A stretch of 60,354 nucleotides of DNA, counting the filler, from Asterionella formosa (taxonomy: Eukaryota): NCBI GenBank assembly GCA_002256025.1. It is 6 parts of 6 records of this genome, joined end to end, with 100 filler letters (N's around TTAATTAATTAA, not from the genome) between each part and the next. Parts side by side here need not be neighbours in the genome. Positions count along the whole stretch, not along the records: positions 20,186 to 30,158 come from NKIB01010003.1; positions 30,259 to 40,226 come from NKIB01010023.1; 4 more parts are not named here. One strand, written 5' to 3'. The first letter of the stretch is position 1. Every line of letters starts with the position of its first letter. The translations under genes were made by a program, and so were the position numbers. Of this stretch, positions 22,985 to 34,699 are shown in pieces. The notes beneath the pieces are model-generated. The model did no database searches, had not been told where the DNA came from, and saw nothing but the letters and a program-made list of their open reading frames with translations.

Positions 22985-24137
22985 GATTTGATTTCTGATT
23001 CTTTGTTGGTTTGATTGGCCTTTGCTTGCTTTTCTTTCAATCTTTTGTTGTATTATTCAATAGATGATTGTCCCCAATCGCTGTTGCTAGCTTTGCTGAT
23101 GTTGTATGGATTGCACTTGGCTTTACAATACTCAAGTTCCATTCAGTCAACGAAATGTTTCACCCCCGACGCGGCACATGTGTGATATGCAACAAAAAGA
23201 GGACTACAGGAAGTGGGAGTGTTGTACTACCGGTATTGTGGTTAGTGCATTGTTCATATTCCGGTATTTTAGCAGGAAACCATGACGTCAACTGCAAATG
23301 CAAGAACGCCGAAACGTGAGGAGGCGGAGGCGGGAGGTCTCGTCAACCAGCCAGATTCATACATACCGGTATGTAGGCACCGGTATACATTTTAACAATG
23401 AAATTAGGGTGGTTGAGTAGTCTACCGTACTAAATGCCGGTTTAAAAAAATTGGTATTGTGCAGTTATTACGGTTATATCCATTCTACATTGCTTACCGG
23501 TATACTGGTTGCGTATCTGGTACATGGTCTGAGAAGCACAACTTTTATCTACCGGATAACTGGTTACCGGTACCATGATGTCTCCCTTTGCAACAATGCA
23601 AAGGAGTACCTGTACCGGTAGGTACATAATTTTCCATTCAGCGTGCAAAGTACTGCCCTTCATTTACCGCATGTAAATATCGGCATACCAGGTACCACAT
23701 CTAAAACAATTGACATGTATGAATATAGATACGGTATACCGGTATGTGATAAATTAAGCCATCATGATTGATAGAATGAATTTACCGGGGGTATATATAT
23801 ATTGAAAATGACTACCGATACCGGAAATGCTGCTCGTTGCACTCCTCGAAAGGTCATTCCTTCAAAATATGGCGGTGGCATAATTACAGTTCATACATAT
23901 ATTTGATTGCCTTCTTCCTTTTTTTCGCTCAGCGCCGTGGTAGTTATAATTCTTCCTGCTTGGTGCTAGATCAATATCCTTGCATGGGTGTACTGCCCTT
24001 CCATTTTCTCTAATCGTCGTTCCCTTGAGAACAGACCTTTATTTGTTCCAGTAGGCAACTGCAGCGAGTATTTCGTTGTTTCCTTGTTCAACCAGAAAAT
24101 ACGTTGTCATTCATTTATTTTCAAGGTTTGCCATACG

Positions 24138-25688
24138 ATGAGTTCAAGTAACACCATCAACAACAATGATACTTCTCACCAGCAATTGAAAGAAAGAACA
24201 AACAACAACAACGACAACAACGACTACCATGTCAATGAACACGACAATAATAATATTGACACCATGTACGACGACGATCGCTCCCTACTCAGCGCCGATG
24301 AGGACAATAATCAATCCGTCACTAGCACGTCAAGTAGCAAACTGATGACTCTCATGAATGAAGCATTTGATTTAGATGCAGAAATTGTGTTCCCCATTCG
24401 CCGTCGAGCTGACCGCAACCGCAACAACCTTAATAATAGCAACAACGACCTGGATTCAGTCGTTACACATGTCACAATCAAGTCCATGACATTGGAGGCC
24501 ATTCATGAAACGGCATCCTTTGTCATGGCACATTGGAAAATACTCTTATTTGGACAGCTCATTTCTCTCGCCATGGCTACTGGAGGTGCGGCACAAGCCA
24601 CCATGAACTTTGAATGTCAGGTATCCGCACCATTGTTTACATCTGGGGTCTTTTTCACTCTCCTATCACTTTACCTAATACCTGTTTATGCACGTGGAGT
24701 GGCACTAAAACGAGGACGACTCACAGAAACAACAACAACAACAACAAAAACATCAATAAAAATCACTGCGATAGGACAAGGAGATGCCTTCATTTGGTTT
24801 CTACGTATCTTTCCAATCAAAACACAACCATGGAGATATCTTGTCATTGCATTCCTAGATGTGCAAGCCTGTTATTGTACTATCCTTGCCTTCAAGTATA
24901 CTCCCATGACATCTGTAACATTGTTTGCATCCTTGGCTGTACCTTCTGCCATGGTATTATCCAAATTATTTCTTGGGCGGTCCTTTGGAGTTGTACATTT
25001 CCTGGGAGTGAGCATGTGCATGATTGGGGTGGTCTACAATGTCCTTGCCGACTATCATGTCGATGAAATGCTTGATGGAAATACCACCAACACCACCACT
25101 GCAGACCAAGATGAGTACCCCAATCGACTGTTTGGAGACTTTTTGGCAATCATGGGTGGCATTATTTATGGTATTGTTGATGTTGTAGCAGAAGGTGTTT
25201 TGAAAGCTGACAAGGGAGATACAACAGAATTTCTCGGTATGCTTGGGTTCTTTGCATCCATTATATCCATGACTCAAGGATGGCTTACTGAACGTAATGA
25301 CATTATTGAACTCTATACTGGAGGGTCTTGCTCAGGGTATGGAACAGCAGCCTTGGTACTGCTTTATGTGATTGCCAGTTCATTGGAATTCATTGGAATT
25401 GCTCACTTTCTTAGCAAATCGGAAGCAACATTACTCAATCTTTCCTGCCTGACAGACCCCGCCCTTTGGTCTGTACTATTTACAATCTTTGCTCAAAATG
25501 TCACTCCTCCTCCTCTCTTTTGGGCAGCCTTAGTGTTTGTGGTGGGTGGTCTCATTGTATATGAATTGGCACCAAGTCCCATAGCAGCAACAGAAATTAC
25601 AATTTCATCTCTTTTGAAAGATGATTTTGATCATGACAATCAAAGCGAGACCCATATAAGTTACACTCCCGAGGTGCAAATGGTATAA
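24138..25688 (+). CDS. Solute carrier SLC35F1/F2 family (DUF914, DMT superfamily) transporter
   Basis: ILLFGQLISL, WRYLVIAFLDVQA, AFKYT.MTSVTL, GDFLA..G..IYG..V.AE, EFLGMLG.F, SEATLLNLS.LT. About 10 hydrophobic segments. ATG at 24138. Confidence 0.85.
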   Translation: MSSSNTINNNDTSHQQLKERTNNNNDNNDYHVNEHDNNNIDTMYDDDRSLLSADEDNNQSVTSTSSSKLMTLMNEAFDLDAEIVFPIRRRADRNRNNLNNSNNDLDSVVTHVTIKSMTLEAIHETASFVMAHWKILLFGQLISLAMATGGAAQATMNFECQVSAPLFTSGVFFTLLSLYLIPVYARGVALKRGRLTETTTTTTKTSIKITAIGQGDAFIWFLRIFPIKTQPWRYLVIAFLDVQACYCTILAFKYTPMTSVTLFASLAVPSAMVLSKLFLGRSFGVVHFLGVSMCMIGVVYNVLADYHVDEMLDGNTTNTTTADQDEYPNRLFGDFLAIMGGIIYGIVDVVAEGVLKADKGDTTEFLGMLGFFASIISMTQGWLTERNDIIELYTGGSCSGYGTAALVLLYVIASSLEFIGIAHFLSKSEATLLNLSCLTDPALWSVLFTIFAQNVTPPPLFWAALVFVVGGLIVYELAPSPIAATEITISSLLKDDFDHDNQSETHISYTPEVQMV

Positions 25689-26259
25689 ACAACAGTGAGC
25701 AATGATTGATGATGGTGGTATGCAACATTTTTCGATGAAAGGGGCAGCATAGAAATTATATATTCATGGGGGGTGGGGGCATTGGTATTTTATGTTAGTT
25801 TTTGTAATGTTTCATTGGTAAAATATCTTACCATTTTCATAGTGCGATGTAGATTGTTTTCGAATTGTGAGTTTTCTCTCGTACCAAATTCTTTTTGATT
25901 CATTCGATTCAGTTTGTAGTAGGTAATTCAGCATACCGGGACTTTTCTTTCCTAAAATAATTTCTCCATCGACAGGTTGGCATAGAACGATTCGGCTCAC
26001 TGTTGTAAGCCAATTGAGTCAGTCACCTACGTTCTTGACGCACGTGGTACATATTTTGTGGAATAAATATATATAACTATGCATCATTTTTTATATTTTT
26101 ATATTTTTGCTCTTTGTTATGATTATTATGTATTGTTTTGTTTCGCCGTCTATGGTCCATACCAACTGGTAACTGGAGTATACAACATATCGCTCGTGAT
26201 GATCAGATGCTAATTCATTTTTCAATTTCAAGAGTCCAAATCAAACACATGAATAGAGA

Positions 26260-27246
26260 ATGATTCGTTCCTGTTGTTTCCTATTTCTGGTATCCGTTGC
26301 ATGTTGCTGTTGTTCCTCCTCAGTGGCTGTGGCCCGAGATGAGTTGCAAAAGCCGATGCGACCTGCTCTCGTTCAAGAGGCGCTTGACAAAAACAAGGAC
26401 ATTTACTACTTTGGACTTGGCAGCAACATGTCAAGACAGAAACTACAAGGCCGTGCCCTCGACGGGGCGCCCATCCATATCCAAACAATGGAGGCTGCGG
26501 TAGTTCCCAACTATAGATTGGCATTCAACCTCAAAGGCTTCCCTCCTTTGGAACCTGGGATGGGATCCTTGGAACCCTCCGATAGCAATTGCAAGGCATT
26601 GGCAAAGTATCATCAGAATGAATGTCATGGCGCATTGGTCAAGTTATCTGCACAAAATTATAACCGTCTAATGCAAAGTGAAGGGGTTGGTGTTGTCAAC
26701 AGTACCAGCAACAATCCGTCGTATGAAGAAATTGTCGTCATGGCATTTCCCTACCGAAACTATTGGTGGCGACATGGTCAACGACCAGTCCCAGCCATTG
26801 CCCTACGTGCACGAGATCATGTACGCTTATCTCATGATCCATGCCCATCCAAACGATATATGAAACTGTTGAGAGAGGGAGCCAAAGAATTGGGATTGGA
26901 TCCAGAGTATCAACTATTCCTGCAGAACCATCCAGTCCAACATATATCCACGTGGGTACGGAATATTGCCTTGTGCAATTTGGTATTTTTGTCTACATTG
27001 TCCTTTCGACTCAAGGTTAGAGTTGTATCCAAATTACAAAACTGGTTCTTGTTCCAAGTATATGTACCATCGAATCATAAAAATGGTATAGTCAAGTCTA
27101 TGAGTGGATTCTTGACTTTGCTTATCCTGGCACCTGGAGCTGTTGTTGGCTCCATCCTTATTGTACTCATGAAAACAACTGGGACAATGCCGCCATTCTT
27201 GCTTCGTATGATGACCATGTTGGGTGAAAATCATGATGAGAATTAG
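26260..27246 (+). CDS. Gamma-glutamylcyclotransferase (GGCT/AIG2-like) protein with signal peptide and C-terminal hydrophobic helices
   Basis: YYFGLGSNM, YRLAFN, CHGAL..L, L..SEG, PSKRYM.LL.EGAKE.GL.PEYQ.FL. Confidence 0.8.
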   Translation: MIRSCCFLFLVSVACCCCSSSVAVARDELQKPMRPALVQEALDKNKDIYYFGLGSNMSRQKLQGRALDGAPIHIQTMEAAVVPNYRLAFNLKGFPPLEPGMGSLEPSDSNCKALAKYHQNECHGALVKLSAQNYNRLMQSEGVGVVNSTSNNPSYEEIVVMAFPYRNYWWRHGQRPVPAIALRARDHVRLSHDPCPSKRYMKLLREGAKELGLDPEYQLFLQNHPVQHISTWVRNIALCNLVFLSTLSFRLKVRVVSKLQNWFLFQVYVPSNHKNGIVKSMSGFLTLLILAPGAVVGSILIVLMKTTGTMPPFLLRMMTMLGENHDEN

Positions 27247-27750
27247 TCAACACGTGCTAAAAACGCTGTAAAACATTTGGATATAGGAATACTTGATGGC
27301 CTCTCTCTCTCTCTCCCCCCCCCCCAAGAGACCTTCTTGCATCCGACACATACTAGGATGCTCCACCTTTTTATACAAAGCTATGTCAGATTTAGCAACA
27401 ACAATATTTTAGATTTATACATGTTATCCTTTTTATTAGGATGTATTCTCTATTCTCATAACAAAATGGATTGTTACTTGGTAAATCGTTTTGATGTTGG
27501 TTTCACACTAAAAGAAGCTTCAGATTTTATCATCATAATAATATAACAGATGAACAATAACTTCAAAACAAGGCAGACGATTGAAGGGGACCTATAATGT
27601 TCGACAGAACATACACCAATATGGCTGATACCAATAGTACTAGTTTCCTTTTGTACCTTCCATTCACTCAGAATCACTTGAGACTTCAGATTTGCGTTAC
27701 AGCACACGTGACGCGAAGCAGTGTTGAAGGGATCGGAATCTTCCAGAGTT

Positions 27751-29760
27751 TCATGTCCTTTCATTGCTAATACTATCAACGGATAGAGACTCGGAGCACC
27801 TTTCCTGATGAAGCTCACGAATAGTCTTCATAGCGTTCATGTATTTGGAACTGCATTCCATCAATCGATCATTGCCCATGATTTTTTCAACCCTAGCCTT
27901 TTCCATTGCCGATTGCCAGTGGTGTGCCTCGATGGCGTCACCAACGGCCAATGCTTCTTGCATCATCTCTGTTGCATTCCCTTCTTTTGTCATTGCTCTT
28001 GAGATATCAGTCAAAATTGGGTTGGATTCGTTGAGCTGGGCGGTAAAGCAATCTACTCGTTGCTGAGCAAAGGATTGAGCGACAAAATCACCTTTAGCCT
28101 TGGCGTGCGAAACCTCCATCATCGCCTTGCTGACTTCAATAGAAAGAAACAAAGTTAAAAAATTTCGAATACCAAAACCTCCACAACCTGGTTTGATCTT
28201 GGCTGGGCATCCATCCTTATCTTTGCATTGTGAACACACTCGTTGAATAAATTCTAAAAACGGGGCTTCCTCCACAACATGGCGTTGAAGAATGTTGCAA
28301 GTAAATATTTGATACAACAGGTCGTCGCCTTGCACATCAACAAGAATTTCGTTTCGTACAATACCAAGGTAGGTCTTTTCAGAAACATGATGCTTGAGCA
28401 AATTGTGCAAATTAATGTACCGTGATTTGAGAATTGTTACAAGGACATACTCCGCCCTTTGATGGTATTCCTCAAGTGCACATCCCTTCAAATGCTTGAA
28501 TAATCGTTGGTCCATCTCATCCCGTGTCAAGTCTAAATTCACTGCTCCATCACTTGTGATGATTCCTTGCTCGTGACAAGCTTCTAGTATGGCTTCTGCT
28601 GTTGCCTTTGTGACTCCCGCCCCAGTTTCCAGCTGATGCATGGTCAAAACGCCATAATACGATCGTGGTATTTGTAAAAATGATACCCCTTCTCCTGTAA
28701 TGTTCCGGTAGTCATTGGCTCTCTGACAGAAGGCCACCAGATCTTCAACTCTCGATGCGACATGTTGAATCCCTTGACCAAGTTCCTTTAAAAATCCATG
28801 CACATGCCCCACCTCTGAGAGAGCATTGTTGATGGGTAAGTACACTTGCGATTGATCTTGAAGTGCCATGATCTTGTCGTTGGTTTTCAAACCTGACACG
28901 TTCCCAGTAACTGTGGATTCAATTTGTGCTTCTCCCGCGGCAACAACACCTGCATTAAAATCCACTTTTGGTAAAAATCCAAGCGTATCCTGAAGTATTT
29001 GAAGGACACTTTGTCTCGAAACCACGTTGGACACCCAATGATCACAAAATGCTGGCTGAGAATCCACTGGAAAATACGCTTCCACCGGAGTCAATCCCGG
29101 CAAGACAGCAGGCAATGGCTCATGAGTTGCTTGGATAAATCGAAGGACGGTTCCAGTGTCAGCGGTGACACCATCGGCCTTGTAGTAGGCGAATACCTCT
29201 AGGATTTCCTCCGTTCTCGAAAATCTTCGGAACAGTAACTTGGGATGAAGTCGTATGTACTTGTCTTCAATTTCTTTTATATTATCCACATTAAATGCCA
29301 AGACCGCCACTCCTTGTCGTTGTGCATGCTGGTTATAAAATCTCTGCAAGTTCGTTTCATCGAAAAAGGGATAGTGGTCCTCCACAGCAGTGTGGTACTT
29401 TGGGTTTGTTCTACTCGTAATGACAAACTGCACTCCTTGTTGCATCTTTCTGGAGGATATCACGACTGTTCTAGTATTGCACAGGACATTGTGATTGGGG
29501 AATCTGACAGCAGTCACGCGAAACCCAAATGCCACCAGGAGCTGCTTGACAATGTCTCTGTGTTGAGAACAAAAGTGTGTGGTCATGCGGTGACGTTTGC
29601 TTTTCATTAGTTCCTTCATTGTCGTTTGCTGTTTCAGTGCTGCCAATTGATTCAAGTGCTCTTCTAGATGCTTGTAGTAGAGAACGTCGTCTACGCGATC
29701 AACGTACAAATGAACGTGAGAAAAGGAAATTCCATTTCTTTCTGTTTCTGTTGTCGTCAT
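27751..29760 (-). CDS. HPPD: 4-hydroxyphenylpyruvate dioxygenase-like protein (enlarged, ~669 aa)
   Basis: FSHVHLYV, DH.VSNV, LPIN, GIQHVA, P.SYY, ILVD, LYQIFT, FLEFIQR, GGFG.RNF.TLF.SIE. The His/His/Glu Fe triad is present. Confidence 0.85.
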   Translation of the reverse strand: MTTTETERNGISFSHVHLYVDRVDDVLYYKHLEEHLNQLAALKQQTTMKELMKSKRHRMTTHFCSQHRDIVKQLLVAFGFRVTAVRFPNHNVLCNTRTVVISSRKMQQGVQFVITSRTNPKYHTAVEDHYPFFDETNLQRFYNQHAQRQGVAVLAFNVDNIKEIEDKYIRLHPKLLFRRFSRTEEILEVFAYYKADGVTADTGTVLRFIQATHEPLPAVLPGLTPVEAYFPVDSQPAFCDHWVSNVVSRQSVLQILQDTLGFLPKVDFNAGVVAAGEAQIESTVTGNVSGLKTNDKIMALQDQSQVYLPINNALSEVGHVHGFLKELGQGIQHVASRVEDLVAFCQRANDYRNITGEGVSFLQIPRSYYGVLTMHQLETGAGVTKATAEAILEACHEQGIITSDGAVNLDLTRDEMDQRLFKHLKGCALEEYHQRAEYVLVTILKSRYINLHNLLKHHVSEKTYLGIVRNEILVDVQGDDLLYQIFTCNILQRHVVEEAPFLEFIQRVCSQCKDKDGCPAKIKPGCGGFGIRNFLTLFLSIEVSKAMMEVSHAKAKGDFVAQSFAQQRVDCFTAQLNESNPILTDISRAMTKEGNATEMMQEALAVGDAIEAHHWQSAMEKARVEKIMGNDRLMECSSKYMNAMKTIRELHQERCSESLSVDSISNERT

Positions 29761-31119
29761 GATAATACTGTGCAAAACTCGACTAAACCTTACTATCCTT
29801 CAACTTCTATATTTTATATTAGGATCAATTGACTGACAAAAGGATCTCAGTGACGGTGATGCTAATTCTGATTCTGATTCTGAAATGAAGCGAAGCGAAG
29901 CCAAGAATTTTTTAACAACATCAGGGACGAAGTTTAGAACATTTCTGTGAAGGATGACGAGTACCGATAAGGAAACGAAGCATGCACATACAACCATTCA
30001 TGAATAGAAGGAAATGATTGTTCAGATGTCAGTTGAACACGACTCGATCCAAGCAGTCTATGGGAACGAATGGACCGAATCTGGGAATCAACCGGCATTG
30101 CTCGCTCGCACATTGTTCGTTTGTTTGTTGGATTCACAAAAAGCAATAAAGAATAGAANNNNNNNNNNNNNNNNNNNNNNNNNNNNNNNNNNNNNNNNNN
30201 NNTTAATTAATTAANNNNNNNNNNNNNNNNNNNNNNNNNNNNNNNNNNNNNNNNNNNNTATTCAGATAATATATAGATATATTCAAGTAAGCATTTTGAT
30301 GTATTCAACTAATTCATGTGATCCATTCAAAATCAACTAGGCTTATTTACGTGATGGTCACTTCACGTAATACGCGGCTTAGATGTGCTGTGCTGTTAGT
30401 CGACATCGTGAGTTTCTTGTTTAAGCTGTTTTGCTTTGTGTATGAGGGAATCAAATGCTAAGAACATTTTGTGCCCAGTTTGGATTTTGGAATTGATTTG
30501 GTCGTGGAAACATTATGCTAGTAGCCTATAAATGTTTCTACGTAGCTACTGACAAATTACCACTGCCAAGTCCATACTGAGAGAATTGTATATCTCTGGT
30601 ACCTGGTACTGCTATGTTACAATAAACCGTGCATACCACAAATTATGTAGACTAACTGCAAATACTCAGAAAAAAACTTCTGGTATCATTATTGTATCTC
30701 CGTTTCGAATTGTCCAAAGCTTTGCCAAACCTTTGGATGATTTGAAACGGAGATACCTCTAGCTTCATCGTATTATTCCATGAGAGGTGCGTTGAAATAT
30801 ATGGACAGATATTGCCAAAGCTTTGGCAAATCTTTTTGAGACCAACTTCATCATGGCCTAGTTCACAAACAAACCACGGTTTTCGTAAAGTAGTCCACAA
30901 ATATCCTTTACCGAATACTTTAACTGCAATATTACGCCTTTATAAATTGTCGTTCACGCATTTTTCAGGTTGTGGCATTCATTCAAAATAGGAAATTCTT
31001 ATGATTCACCCAAAGCTTTGGATATTTGGTACCATGTCGAAAGTCTACAAGGACGCCTTGTTTCCGTTGGTAGCAAATTTTTATAGCTGCTGAAGGATTG
31101 GGTGTGCGTGTGGAATTGA

Positions 31120-31575
31120 TATGGTTTTGTATAACGACTTCATCTGGAGGACAGTCCTTGTTGCATGAATGATATATCGATGATACCTTACTCTATAATA
31201 TACGCCAGTGAATTGAGACTTGCAACATGATGCGTTGATTGATCATTGATGGAGTAATAGGGAAATGAGTATTGGGAAACAATCATTACCAAATGGTGTG
31301 GTTTTGTAATGATGAAAAGATATAGTGACTTCATCTGGAGGATGGTCCTTGTTGCATGAATGTTATATCGATAGTACCTTACTCTATACTATGCGCCAGT
31401 GAATTGAGATGCTCAACATGATGCGCAGGTTGATTATTGATGGAGTTATAGGGGAATAAGTTATGAGAAACAAAATTATCACCAAATGGTGTGGTTTTTT
31501 AAATGAAATGATGTAGTGACCTCATCAGGAGGATGGTCCTTGTTGCATGAATGATGTATTGATATTACCTTATTA
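31120..31575. repeat. ~191-bp tandem repeat, ~2.4 copies
   Basis: GAC(T/C)TCATC(T/A)GGAGGA..GTCCTTGTTGCATGAATG at 31136, 31327 and 31518. Confidence 0.85.
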
Positions 31576-31599
31576 AGATACAAATTTTACGCCTCTAAA

Positions 31600-32250
31600 T
31601 TGGATGATGCGTGGACAGCCTTACACATTACTCAGAATAATCATCAGCACTGAGACAGAAATTTTTATCAGAAATAATCAATGAGGCAATGATAAAACAA
31701 ATAAATCTAGAGAAGCTGCTCTAAAGAGCATCAAAGAAGCTGAATACATGGCCAGGTTATGGCCACGCCTACGTAAATACTCTAAAGGGGAGGTACGGTC
31801 TGGTTTGAGCAAAATAAAAATACCGGTTTATGATATGACAGGTGAAATCATAGACTACCATATGGTACTATCTGAGTCAACGGAAATGTTCAAGCACCTT
31901 ATCCAATGCAATAGTCATCATTTTGCACAAGCAGCACATACACCGTTTGTTAATAGTATTTTTGGGAAATATTTGCATCCATTTGAGCAGAATCGGTTCT
32001 CTGAGTCCATATTGGAGGGCACCATAGACCTGACAAAGTATGAGTTTAATTCAGCCATTAAGAGATGTATAATGGAAATGAGGCATCTGCTAGGCAAAAA
32101 TGGTGAGGATCCTATAAAATCTTCCATAACCATTGATGAGTTTAAACAAGGATTCAAATCAGTTGCGGAAAAGACTTCCTCATCCCCAAGTGGGAGACAT
32201 CTGGGACACTACACAAAGCTAGTCTCAAGGATGACATTCTTTGCCTAGTT
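31600..32250 (+). mobile_element. Non-LTR (LINE-like) retrotransposon fragment upstream of the RT core
   Basis: HFAQA.HTPF and ITIDEFKQGFK..EKTSSSPSGRHLGHY(TK) are the pre-RT motifs of stramenopile LINE ORFs. Truncated at ~32250 by another repeat. Confidence 0.7.
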
Positions 32251-32253
32251 TAG

Positions 32254-34397
32254 CGTCTGTAAATAAAAAATGTCATGAATAAATTATCAAGGGTATTGTA
32301 CGCTAGCAAGTGGCACAGGATTTTTACATCTATGATAGTTTTTCGATCAAAAATATGATCAATGTATCATATGATTATGATCATGCAGTAAACTTTTACC
32401 GAGCTTGAAGTATGATGAGACTATCATAGTTATAATACCATTGCATCATATAATTAGTTAAACATGGTCATATGATGTGTATACTTTCGTCATACATCTA
32501 TCTTAGCATGATCGTAATTCTCATCGATATCACTGTCTAAAATAGGATGAAATTGATCGAAATTTAGAACTATATTTAGCTAAGAATGGTTCTATGATTC
32601 TATCATATCTTAAGTGGCTACAGAATGTTCTACAATGCTCTCATCGCAATGATTGTTGGTGCCGCTTTCACTTCCACCTCCCCCTCTCCCAATCCAATTC
32701 TGAAGGTTGTTGTACTGGTTGCCTTGCCGTTGTTCCCCTGCTTTGTTCCATTTACTCCTGAGTGTTGTTCTAAGTTTGCATTCACGCATTTTCCTATTAC
32801 TATTGAATCCGTTTCGTTGTTCCAATCAGCCATACTAACAAAGAGAAGCAATTCATTGTTAGCTGTTCATGTTTTGCTTACAAAACAACATGCATTTTGC
32901 TTCTATCTTGCTTCACTTACCACAAATTGAGGAAGTAACTGATGCATATTTCTGTAGAAGAATGTGTCAGTCGAAGATTGAATGAGAAGCAAAGTATCGA
33001 TTAATAAATGGGCTCCAACACTGCTCTTTGTAACTTACAAATACTGTTTGTCTACCATTATCCTGAAAGAAGCAACACATATGTGTCAGTTTTTCTAACA
33101 GTTGTGGATTGATCCAAAGATGGCTGATAGGCAGCACTTACCGATTTATTTTGTCTACATTGATGGTTGACCAGCCACCAAATCGAAAAGGAGCTATTGA
33201 ATCACTGAAAGGGGACGAGTCAGTCCGTATTTGTAATCCCAGCAATTGATCATCTTGGCATTTGCTCTTGACAAACCGAAGGAACATGAAAGTCATCTGC
33301 TCTTGACTTACCATCAATTGATTCCACCCTTCTCTTCTAAGCCGCAAGTATCATTGTGCTGTATTATCACTTTCGTTTTCCGCGTCATCATCTGTGTTAA
33401 TCCTTCAATTCAGGAGCAAAGTGTATGCGTGACAAGGAACATGAAAGCATGATTTCAAATGTTTCAGCCATGAATACATAAATATATATATATAAAGATT
33501 TGTAAGAAGTTTAAATGTATATATAGTTGAACATTTGCATAGTTTTAAACACGCTCATTATACGGCACATCCTGTGTATACTAATATCAATTTTGATTAT
33601 ACATAGTTCAAATATATACAATGCATGATGAGTTCATAGTTTTCCACAACCTGTTGAGTTTTTTCAATTTGTGTTGTGTCAATTCTTGTACCTACAAGTC
33701 AGTGGCTGATTTAATTAAGCCCCTTAATAAACAGGAGTCATCACCAATTTTTCAAATGGTCGAAATCATACATTTATGTATATAGACATATTGACCAAAA
33801 TTCATATGGCCTACCGGTAGTGCTGTATAATTGCTGGTAATTACTTCTATCATGGAAATACCACAATAGTGCAGCAGAAAACTGAAGATGCTCATGTGTA
33901 TAGGTTTATTTGATCATATATTTAAGATCAATTAATCCTGATTCATGAAAATAAATGTTGATCATTCATTTTCTCATCAACGACACCGTTCATCATATGA
34001 TCAATATGTTATGATCAAAGGTATAGGATAAACAAATCTAAATTCATTGATTAAAGATCATAGTTTATACCGGAGTAGTTGCTCATGCAAGGCAACCCCT
34101 TCCTCCCCTGTATACCCCCTTCCTCCCCTGTATACAGTACGGAAGTGATAACCCCCAAGCTACCAAATTTTTATGTCTTGTAAGAATTATCGCAGCATGC
34201 ATGCATACATGACTCCTACTGGTGTATACAATGCGGAAATGATGACCACCAGACTACCAATCCTATAGGTCCTGTAGAATTATCGCAACATGGCTGCATA
34301 TATAATGAAAGGGCGGGAGGAGTCATCCATGCACCTGTATAGTATGAAATATGGAAATGATCAAATATAGCTAGTCTACACAAGGAGCAGTGCATCA
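32254..34397. mobile_element. ~2.1-kb dispersed repeat (non-autonomous TE), inverted copy at 50396-52692
   Basis: Colinear reverse-complement similarity over the whole length (e.g. ORFs 34216-34398 vs 50397-50582, 32630-32851 vs 52097-52324). A shared terminus CGTCTG(T/C)AAATAAAA-like is also found at ~10840 and ~10240. Confidence 0.85.
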
Positions 34398-34699
34398 TAT
34401 ATGCCCTGCTGTTGTTATTTTAATTCCTATGAAATCTCGCTCTTGATCTGTTCTGCGCTTTTTCGCCACAATTGTTTTCATTGGCTGTTTCACTGGACAG
34501 AATTAGAATTGATTGTGCTTTGAACGAAGCAATGATCAAAGTCCACCCCATTGGAGAATGGTGAGTCTCACAACTAAGTATCAGCCAGTCGATTAAAATT
34601 GGACTGTCTTTTGTGCAAACTTGTTGTGTTTGTACTTGACTTGGCAGCTGTCAGCCAAGAGCAGCCATGGCATGCCACCATTTATTGTCTATACAAGTT

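Noticed and set aside
21389..29760. Kinase-SLC35F-GGCT-HPPD as a metabolic gene cluster
   Set aside because: No shared pathway is evident, and this spacing is ordinary for a compact genome.
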